Shown here: positions 54,303-64,000 of the stretch, in pieces
Layout of the letters: the number at the start of each line of letters is the position of its first letter
How positions within the stretch are numbered: position 1 is the stretch's first letter
Assembly: GCA_951406725.2 (NCBI GenBank)
Contig: OX597823.1
Location: 8,866,001 to 8,930,000, forward strand
DNA length: 64,000 bases
Reading direction: 5' to 3'
Source: Octopus vulgaris
Lineage: Eukaryota
Made by a program: the position numbers and the translations under genes
The notes under the pieces: model-generated
Seen by the model: the letters and a program-made list of their open reading frames with translations, nothing else
The model's database searches: none
Told to the model about the DNA's origin: nothing

Positions 54303-55718
54303 TGTGTGTTTGTATGCATTTATATGTACATAAGGGAAGATAATGACAGGCAATAATCGATCACAATAGATGAGAGACGACGTTGATTTCAGCGGGAGTT
54401 GAACCCAAAGAGTAGAGGACCTGAACAGATAACCCTAGGAATTCTAGGCTTTCTATCGAATGCCTTAATTATTCTACCAATCCTCCAGTTTTGTACACTG
54501 CACTAGGGTGTGTGTGTGTGTTTGTGTGTTTGGCAGTGTATGTTCATAAGTATAATGCTTATACTCACAGAATAATGCAACTAATATTTTAAGCTGTACT
54601 TTGTTGACTTATTCTTTGCTTTTGTAACTAATTAATATATTCAACTCTGTTTCGATTTCTCTAATGGAAACTGCTCTCAGCAAAATAACTATTTTGTAAA
54701 TATGCAAAATAAACTGTTATCTTGTGAGAGGAGTGTTGAGCGGTGAATGAGGAAGATTTTCACAGACGGTGACAAAGTCTAATAGGAAATAAAGTTTGGT
54801 TTGTGCTGTTTTTGTTACTTGGTCACTTGTCATTTGAAATTCTACGAACCTGCTCATCTTAGCAAATATGCATGATGCCTCTAAAACAAACAAACACACA
54901 TACACACACGCATGCACAGACACACGTACACACACACACACTCACGCACAAAGAAATATATTAAAGAGTATCTATTCACATTACGTTTATGCAGAAATTA
55001 AAATAGAACACAACTGTCATCACACATAGAAACACATACATATAAACGTATGAGTATACTTTCACAGGTACACGCACACACATACACAGGGACACACACA
55101 CACAGGCACACCACACATGTACATCCATTTCTGTCTTTAATATTATATACATACACACACATACACACACACACACGTACGCACACACATGCATATATAC
55201 GCACTCACACACACATGGACAGACACATGCACACACACACACCTTAAACCCCACACATATATACAATAAATACACATATATACAATAAATGAGTGGAGAA
55301 AGGCAAAGTAGTGGCACTCAACATACTCTGTAGGAACTGCGTATATTAAATATATGCCCGAACTGCACATAACTTAAAGTTTCGTGAGCGCTTGCTCTAA
55401 GTCCACCTCGATAGGTACTTGAAAATAGTGTAAGAAGTTTAAAAGAAATTGCAAATGACTTCTAGGTGCTTAAGACTCTATGCCATATGATTATAATGCT
55501 ATGAAAGCGACGTTATGGAAAGATTGTTGGTATAGTATGTTGGCGCCAATAATTTGACACCGGCCAGCAATGTAATGTATTCAGGGATAACAGTTGCATT
55601 TGATAATGTACGACGTGAGGTAGTCAAGATTTTGCCAGTTACTCGATCAGTCATGTTGAAGAGTAATATAGCATGAACAGAACAAACTATCCATATTTTG
55701 CAGAAAAATCTGTCGGCA

Positions 55719-55790
55719 GCCAGCCATGAAATTCGATCTCACTTTCCTGTGATTACGCGTCAAGTGCTTTACCATTAAGCTAAAGTGCCC
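55719..55790 (-). pseudogene. tRNA-like pseudogene / Pol III head within a repeat
   Basis: GGGCACTTTAGCTTAATGGTAAAGCACTTGACGCGTAATCACAGG...GAGATCGAATTTC: A-box, anticodon-like arm, degenerate B-box; acceptor stem does not pair. Confidence 0.6.
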
Positions 55791-57835
55791 CAACGACAAA
55801 TTCTTCTGCAAATTAAGTATATATAAATCTAGCTTTATAAGACGCTATCGTGCATTAAATTCAACTTACGTTGAAAGTCAACAAAGTTTACTTTAGAACG
55901 TTGAGATGTATTGAAAGAAACAGATAAGGAAATAATTGTATTTTCAAACAGGATGATGCTAATAATATAGCATGAACAGGATAAACGATCGATATATTGC
56001 AGAAAAATCCGTCGACGGCCAGCCATGCGACTCGAACTCACATCCCTGTGATTACACGTGAGTTCGAGTCTCATGGCTGGCTGCCGGCAGATATTTCTGC
56101 AAAATATGGATAGTTTATCCTGTTCATGCTATTGTATTAACATTATTCTGCGTTTGAGAACAAAATTATTTCTTTATCTGTATCTTTCAATACATCTCAA
56201 CGCTTCTAAAGCAAACTTTGTTTGGTGAATTTCAGCAGAAGTTGAATTTAATATGTATATATTAAAAGATAATGCAGATATTGTGTACAGGGGAAATATT
56301 TTAAAATTGAATAACCATAGTTCCCAGGATCAATTTCTGTATTATCTAAATGAGATTCTGAAAGCATTGAACCAGCAGTACCCACTGTAATTAATCCGAT
56401 GTTGGATTTTCATGCCTATATAATGCGTCTTGTAAAACTCTGTAATAATATAAGACCACCAACACAGTAATAGAATTCCCTTGTGATAGAGGTCAACAAT
56501 TTCACGGAAAATTTTGCTAGCGTCAATTCTTTAATTCCTGAAGTCAACTAATTTGACATTTGAATTGCAAAGTCTTCAATTACCTGCCAGACACAACTTT
56601 GCCATTAATACCGATAAATCTCTGGGGCAATGACCAAAAGTTGTTCGACTGAACTAAGAAGTTTCTGTCTTTTCACATTATCAACTCTCGATATATTTAG
56701 AATTGCTACCCTGATAGTCTTTTCTATCAATACACCGCAATCCCAAAACTGGAGTATTTTTTATCCCGAAGCTTTGGAATGAACAAATATGTATATAAAA
56801 AAATATTTTGCTAAAACTTCTATTTTGCTGAATATACACTTTATCACTATTTTATTATTCAAATAATATGCGTGGCAAAATGTGCAAGTTTCTACACAAT
56901 GTTGCTTTGGTACGATGTCCAGATATTACCCTGTATCAACACATACATATACACCCATGTACACACACACACTGCAAACAATACTCATGTGAGATGAATG
57001 AAAAGTGAGATAGATGGACACAGTAATTTTATGTTTTAAAATTAAAAGTAAATTCAATTTTAAAATCTATGCTTTAAAATTAACAGGACTCTTTCCTATT
57101 AATTATTTTATCATTACGATTTCATATAAAGTGAAGAATACATCTTCATCGGTTTTAAATTTATGAATCAATTACCGTTTGTTAAATTCGCATCACACCA
57201 TTACGTCATTGCCTGGATAAAAAAAAAATTACCTATTCGTCTTTAATGATAATGTATAAAAGAAAACATATTATTTTCCTTTATTTCTTTTTAAATAACT
57301 AGACAAAAAATTAGGAAATTATTTGTCTGTACGTTATGATGGTGCTTATATCTATTTATTTATATTCAATTCTAGCAATGCCAATGTGAGTTGTATGGCA
57401 TATGATATGCTACTGTTTTGTCATATTCAGCGCAACTATTTACGTCATATATGAAAACCATTACTAACATAAGTTGCTATAGATGCAGGTGCTATGCAAC
57501 GTCAATTGTGCTTATATGGCAACCAAACTATCTTGAACTGTGTTATCCCTCTGTTTTACTATGTGCTGTAAGCATTCGTTAATTTCATTAACTGGAATAG
57601 TCCAAATTCTACCGAAAGGGGCTGATGGTTCATGTGCAATGCATTACTTATACGCGTGGTTGATCAGTACTACCTTGGGAGCAAAATAAAAACCACAAAA
57701 ATAACAAAAACAACAATCTTGGTTGAATTTGTCTACCTAACAAAATACACTTTAATTTTTAGTATTCAGTTAATAATTAACTATTCCTACGCTTGTGGTT
57801 AAGAGTTGGAGTTTTCTTAAACAGTCAATACATAT

Positions 57836-58066
57836 TTGTTTACTACCCACAAAGGGCTAAACACAGAGAGGACAAACAAGGACAGACAGACAAACGGATT
57901 AAGTCGATTATATTGACCCCAATGCGTAACTGGTACTTAATTTATCGACCCCGAAAGGATGAAAGGCAAAGTCGACCTCGGCGGAATTTGAACTCAGAAC
58001 ATAACGGCAGACGAAATACGGCTACGCATTTCGCCCGGCGTGCTAACGTTTCTGCCAGCTTGCCAC
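57836..58066 (-). mobile_element. tRNA-derived SINE family E
   Basis: Near-identical to 37239-37468. Confidence 0.85.
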
Positions 58067-58329
58067 TGTTTTAAACAGTCAATATCTTTAGCTTCTTCAT
58101 GCACTCTTCGGGACGAATATAGTCGATGGACATCCTTAAAGGCGAAACTGAAACATTCAAACTACCAAGTTTCAATATGTTAGTGTTTGCCTTCGCAAGA
58201 GCATTCATAGGGATGAGGCTAACTAATTTTTAAACGTCTTTTAAAATGACAGACATTAACTCAGAATTTCAATGCCCCATGTCAATTTCTAGACATCCAT
58301 TGTTCCGTCGTTTTTGTCAATCCAACCCA

Positions 58330-58545
58330 TTAATAGGTATTATTTTTGTCCGGATGGGCTTCTTGGGACTCACCAGTCAAAGCAAAGCTGGTGGAGGTGA
58401 ACCGTTCAATAATCGTCGGAACACTGTGACTTTCAGGAAGGCACTTCCATTTCATAGTAACTGCTAGAGCAAGTGGGATTAACAAAACGACTGATTGGCA
58501 TCTGGTTCAGTACAGGGGCCTTCTCTACGCAGTCGTTTAAAGGAT
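58330..58545 (-). pseudogene. Possible highly decayed BEL/Pao RT fragment
   Basis: Across frames: LNDCVEKAPVL...PLALA...SAFLKV, resembling the BEL/Pao SLNDCL-GP-L...IAL--D-EKAFLQV motif. Confidence 0.35.
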
Positions 58546-58732
58546 TCAGATATCAGAATAGGTTCTTTAGGGCTATATACTACATATATACATACATAAA
58601 TACACGCATGAGCGTGTGCATATTTTTAATATATATGTCTATACATACACACATGTATATTTATAAACATACATATATAAGTGCGTGTGTGAGTGCCTGT
58701 GTACATATGTTAATATATACATATATAGTATA

Positions 58733-60377
58733 CTAGCAGTGTAGCCCGGCGTTGCCCGGGATTAAGTTAGGATTATTAAGGTGATCAAGCGCTTTGTTTC
58801 AAACCAAACAAGTAACACCGACGTCAAATAGGTAAACATTTGGCTGAAAATAGGTTGCAGACAATTTGATTGGGAAACCCCATAAGAAATCGGTTTATCG
58901 ATATTTCCACCTATCAATCTCAGATGACTGAGACCTAAGTAACGCCGGCATCAAGCTTGAACAAAATACGCCAAAATTGGCAAAAGTTATGGTTGAAAAC
59001 TGGTGAAGCCAATTTTAGTGGGAAATCCTATAAGGAATCGGTTTATCGATTTTTCACCCTGATTGAATGGAAAACCCCATAAGGAATCAGTGTATTGATT
59101 TAACCGAACACAACATTGCTGATTCAAAAAATCTATAATTATACTTTAAAGCTGATTTTCCCACCCAACCCATTTCTGCAGAAACAGTGTCGCGACGGGA
59201 ACACCTGGGTTGGGTGTTAGACCTGCAGAGATGATCAGGTGACTCATGCCAGTTCTTTCCAAACCGCCACCCTCATCATCTAAATCATCTTGGCATGGGT
59301 TTGGAGCCCTTCCAGCAAGGAAAATAGAACACTCAAAAGGGCTCTAGATCCTATGTGTCAGTAGAGGTTATGTTCGGATCGCGACTAAGCCTTAACCTAA
59401 TCCTCTGCTAACCTCTGCTAAAGGGGGCTCGAGAGCCTCTAAAAGGCAGAGACTAATGCCGATCTAGTACTAAATCCTCCTAGGGGTACTATCGGATATA
59501 TATATATGTGTGTGTGTGTCTATGTATATATACGTGTGTCTGTCTGTCTGTCTGTATGTATATATATATATATTTATTTATTTAATAACGTACCATGTAA
59601 TTCACACTCTGGAAAATTTATTGCAGTAAAATGTTGGGAGTGGTTAAAATTTCTAAGGCTTCGAGGTTTTGTAGCATACCAGGAGGTTACAGGAATTCAT
59701 TCAAAGAAAAAAATATCTCAATGATTCCGGGATGGAGGGCCCCACCTCACCCCACTCCCTTTGATTCCACGCAAAAAAATCCGAGTCCTATTTTTTTTCC
59801 TTTGTGAAAATCATGCAGGTGAAAAGATAAATGGGGAGGTGAAATTTCCGAGGCTCCCACCTCACACTACACCATTTTACAGACCCTAACCAGGCTTTTG
59901 TAGCATAAGTCACAGGAATTCGTTCAACGAAAAAAAAATTCCAATGATTCCGGGATGATTCCTCGCCCTATCCCATGTTTTTCCGAACCAAAATAAGGGA
60001 TTTGCAGCATATTAGGAGCTCAGGGTACTTGATTCCACGCAAAAAATCCGAGTGTATTTTTTCTTAGAGAAAATCGTTCGGGTCTTAATCTAAAAATTTA
60101 CCCTTTGTTTTTCTTTTGCGCCATTATTAGACAGGGGCTTAACTCATGTCATCAAACTTACGGATTTCACCTACGTGGAAACGGGTAATATTTATGGTTG
60201 AAAATTGATTTTTACCGCTATCAGCGGGGTGCCTCAGGAAAACTGAATTGACAAAAACATAGCCATGGTCGTGATCAATGTCCTCCTAAAATTGGAGCTA
60301 CGTGCGTGGTAATTTGTGGACGTGTATAAATTACATTCACTCACACACATGCACATTCTGCCTCTTATAGATATAGA
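58733..60377 (-). mobile_element. Longer (~1.65 kb) non-autonomous Helitron
   Basis: Minus strand A|TCTATATCTATAAGAGG start; CCCGGGCAACGCCGGG hairpin + CTGCTAG|T end; internal imperfect direct repeats. Confidence 0.72.
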
Positions 60378-60387
60378 TGCGTATGCT

Positions 60388-60454
<67 letters not shown>

Positions 60455-60495
60455 CGACAAACCAATGAAAGAATTCCTTTCCTTAGTTTGTTACC

Positions 60496-60530
<35 letters not shown>

Positions 60531-61017
60531 AGTGTGTGCATGTGTGTGTGCATGTATATATGTATACATGCACACACACACTTACTCACATATACACACA
60601 TATATTATAACAGCAAGTATTAAAACGATGTCTTACATAATTTTTCTTAGAACGGTCAAAGTACTTTCGAACGTGAATGTGTTAATCACTGTTGTACTTC
60701 GTAATTTGAGAACAAATTCCAACACATGAACTTGCATGTAAGGGACATGTTACTACAACTGTAACTACTGCTATTATAGCGCAGACGCCATTACAAGGAG
60801 ACCAACGACTAAAACCATATCAATTTTGTGAGAAAATGATGTGAACATCTCCAACTGACATCAGGAAGCATTATTTTAATTTCTTAGAATATATTTTCAC
60901 TGCATTTATTGCATGATTATATTGGGTTGAATAGTTGAAACCGGTCGCATATTTTGATAATACTTCATTTTCCTCCTTAGCCATTACAATATCTTTCTCT
61001 CTCTCTCTTTCTCTCCA

Positions 61018-61049
<32 letters not shown>

Positions 61050-61057
<8 letters not shown>

Positions 61058-61197
61058 TCAATATAGGGTGGCAAAAAATTTCGTAGAATTTATTTGCCAC
61101 CAGCGGCCTAGTGGGAAAAATTTAATTTTTTCCCACTAGGCCGCTGGTGGCAAATAAATTCTACGAAATTTTTTGCCACCCTATATTGATTAATTAT
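61050..61197. repeat. Fold-back inverted repeat (~71-bp arms) at the start of the array
   Basis: ATAATTAATCAATATAGGGTGG...GTGGGAAAAA-TTTAAT-TTTTTCCCAC...CCACCCTATATTGATTAATTAT. Confidence 0.93.
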
Positions 61198-61348
61198 GAA
61201 TTTTCTGGTTAATTCCGTAATGGAATCGGCGGCTTATATTTGCTGCCGATAAATTTGGCGCGAGTGCGATGATTTGAAAATTTTAGGTCAGATATTGCCG
61301 AGGCAGGGATAGAGGTGCCTCGTGATAATATCTGCTCGGATTTGGCTG

Positions 61349-61453
61349 TTTCTTACTGACGAATCTATCGGCCTATGGAAGATTGGCTTGATTTAATTTA
61401 ATCAGGTTAGTTTACCATTAAACAATATATGAAACGGTGCATCGTATAAGAAA
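61349..61453 (+). ncRNA. Type I HHR, unit 1 (stem II ATATAT variant)
   Basis: TTTCTTA-CTGACGA-ATCTAT...ATATAT-GAAACGG-TGCA-TCGTA-TAAGAAA. Confidence 0.75.
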
Positions 61454-61832
61454 TTACAGGGTAAATGTTTTTTTAATTTTCTCCTGGTTTGCGGAATTAA
61501 TGTTATTTTGCGGTTGAAGCTTTGGCTGTTATTTCTAGTGGGTGAATGGCCTATTATGGCCATTCCTTGATTGTGATGTTGAACTTATAAATGGTCTATG
61601 ACTATTTAATTTTTTCCCACTAGGCCGCTGGTGGCAAATAAATTCTACGAAATTTTTTGCCACCCTATATTGATTAATTATGAATTTTCTGGTTAATTCC
61701 GTAAAGGAATCGGCGGCTTATATTTGCTGCCGATAAATTTGGCGCGAGTGCGATGATTTGAAAATTTTAGGTCAGATATTGCCGAGGCAGGGATAGATGT
61801 GCCTCGTGATAATATCTGCTCGGCTCTGGCTG

Positions 61833-61937
61833 TTTCTTACTGACGAATCTATCGGCCTATGGAAGATTGGCTTGATTTTATTTAATCAGGTTAGTTTACC
61901 ATTAAACAATAGATGAAACGGTGCATCGTATAAGAAA
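61833..61937 (+). ncRNA. Type I HHR, unit 2
   Basis: Stem I TTTCTTA/TAAGAAA, stem II ATCTAT/ATAGAT, stem III ACGG/TCGT; GUA site at 61930. Confidence 0.88.
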
Positions 61938-62316
61938 TTACAGGGTAAATGTTTTTTTAATTTTCTCCTGGTTTGCGGAATTAATGTTATTTTGCGGTTG
62001 AAGCTTTGGCTGTTATTTCTAGTAGGTGAATGGCCTATTTTGGCCATTCCTTGATTGTGATGTTGAACTTATAAATGGTCTATGACTATTTAATTTTTTC
62101 CCACTAGGCCGCTGGTGGCAAATAAATTCTACGGAATTTTTTGCCACCCTATATTGATTAATTATGAATTTTCTGGTTAATTCCGTAATGGAATCGGCGG
62201 CTTATATTTGCTGCCGATAAATTTGGCGCGAGTGCGATGATTTGAAAATTTTAGGTCAGATATTGCCGAGGCAGGGATAGAGGTACCTCGTGATAATATC
62301 TGCTCGGATCTGGCTG

Positions 62317-62421
62317 TTTCTTACTGACGAATCTATCGGCCTATGGAAGATTGGCTTGATTTAATTTAATCAGGTTAGTTTACCATTAAACAATAGATGA
62401 AACGGTGCATCGTATAAGAAA
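62317..62421 (+). ncRNA. Type I HHR, unit 3
   Basis: Same intact motif; site at 62414. Confidence 0.88.
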
Positions 62422-62801
62422 TTACAGGGTAAATGTTTTTTTAATTTTCTCCTGGTTTGCGGAATTAATGTTATTTTGCGGTTGAAGCTTTGGCTGTTAT
62501 TTCTTGTGGGTGAATGGCCTATTATGGCCATTCCTTGATTGTGATGTTGAACTTATAAATGGTCTATGACTATTTAATTTTTTTCCCACTAGGCCGCTGG
62601 TGGCAAATAAATTCTACGAAATTTTTTGTCACCCTATATTGATTAATTATGAATTTTCTGGTTAATTCCGTAATGGAATCGGCGGCTTATATTTGCTGCC
62701 GATAAATTTGGCGCGAGTGAGATGATTTGAAAATTTTAGGTCAGATATTGCCGAGGCAGGGATAGAGGTGCCTCGTGATAATATCTGCTCGGATCTGGCT
62801 G

Positions 62802-62906
62802 TTTCTTACTGACGAATCTATCGGCCTATGGAAGATTGGCTTGATTTAATTTAATCAGGTTAGTTTACCATTAAACAATAGATGAAACGGTGCATCGTAT
62901 AAGAAA
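62802..62906 (+). ncRNA. Type I HHR, unit 4
   Basis: Same intact motif; site at 62899. Confidence 0.88.
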
Positions 62907-63284
62907 TTACAGGGTAAATGTTTTTTTAATTTTCTCCTGGTTTGCGGAATTAATGTTATTTTGCGGTTGAAGCTTTGGCTGTTATTTCTAGTAGGTGAAT
63001 GGCCTATTATGGCCATTCCTTGATTGTGATGTTGAACTTATAAATGGTCTATGACTATTTAATTTTTTCCCACTAGGCCGCTGGTGGCAAATAAATTCTA
63101 CGAAATTTTTGCCACCCTATATTGATTAATTATGAATTTTCTGGTTAATTCCGTAATGGAATCGGCGGCTTATATTTGCTGCCGATAAATTTGGCGCGAG
63201 TGCGATGATTTGAAAATTTTAGGTCAGATATTGCCGAGGCAGGGATAGAGGTACCTCGTGATAATATCTGCTCGGATCTGGCTG

Positions 63285-63389
63285 TTTCTTACTGACGAAT
63301 CTATCGGCCTATGGAAGATTGGCTTGATTTAATTTAATCAGGTTAGTTTACCATTAAACAATAGATGAAACGGTGCATCGTATAAGAAA
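63285..63389 (+). ncRNA. Type I HHR, unit 5
   Basis: Same intact motif; site at 63382. Confidence 0.88.
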
Positions 63390-63767
63390 TTACAGGGTAA
63401 ATGTTTTTTTAATTTTCTCCTGGTTTGCGGAATTAATGTTATTTTGCGGTTGAAGCTTTGGCTGTTATTTCTAGTGGGTGAATGGCCTATTATGGCCATT
63501 CCTTGATTGTGATGTTGAACTTATAAATGGTCTATGACTATTTAATTTTTTCCCACTAGGCCGCTGGTGGCAAATAAATTCTACGAAATTTTTGTCACCC
63601 TATATTGATTAATTATGAATTTTCTGGTTAATTCCGTAATGGAATCGGCGGCTTATATTTGCTGCCGATAAATTTGGCGCGAGTGCGATGATTTGAAAAT
63701 TTTAGGTCAGATATTGCCGAGGCAGGGATAGAGGTGCCTCGTGATAATATCTGCTCGGATCTGGCTG

Positions 63768-63872
63768 TTTCTTACTGACGAATCTATCGGCCTATGGAAG
63801 ATTGGCTTGATTTAATTTAATCAGGTTAGTTTACCATTAAACAATATATGAAACGGTGCATCGTATAAGAAA
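63768..63872 (+). ncRNA. Type I HHR, unit 6 (stem II ATATAT variant)
   Basis: Same motif with one stem II mismatch; site at 63865. Confidence 0.75.
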
Positions 63873-64000
63873 TTACAGGGTAAATGTTTTTTTAATTTTC
63901 TCCTGGTTTGCGGAATTAATGTTATTTTGCGGTTGAAGCTTTGGCTGTTATTTCTTGTGGGTGAATGGCCTATTATGGCCATTCCTTGATTGTGATGATA

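Larger units (their letters stand above)
61121..64000 (+). repeat. Tandem array of ~484-bp units (about 6 units, runs off the window end), each with a hammerhead ribozyme
   Basis: CTGACGA cores at 61356, 61840, 62324, 62809, 63292, 63775 (spacing 483-485); units differ by only a few substitutions and indels. Confidence 0.95.

Noticed and set aside
61121-64000. CRISPR array or rDNA/5S interpretation of the tandem repeat
   Set aside because: Units are near-identical along their whole length (no unique spacers), there are no cas genes, and I recognise no rRNA sequence.

Overview
AT-rich eukaryotic non-coding DNA packed with microsatellites and transposon remnants. The (TA)n/(CA)n/(TATG)n load and the tRNA-SINE families suggest an octopus or other coleoid cephalopod genome (inference). 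No intact host gene is supported, and most listed ORFs are microsatellite or SINE artefacts. Recognisable content: four tRNA-derived SINE families (about 20 copies, several with TSDs), six non-autonomous Helitrons, a 5'-truncated R4/Dong RLE-type LINE in (TAA)n, CR1 and Penelope (GIY-YIG) fragments, mariner and DD37D remnants, and two MITEs. The main observation is a set of hammerhead ribozymes (HHRs). A ~484-bp tandem array (61121 to the window end) has a complete type I HHR in each of six units. A 533-bp tandem/inverted element (51784-53273) has three HHRs, and an inverted repeat (23099-23468) has two. Several minimal or variant HHRs also occur. All three main elements sit next to (TA)n tracts, include a fold-back, and share an unusually long helix II. 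They look like a retrozyme/Penelope-type system that could release unit-length, possibly circular, RNAs. Activity is inferred from structure only.
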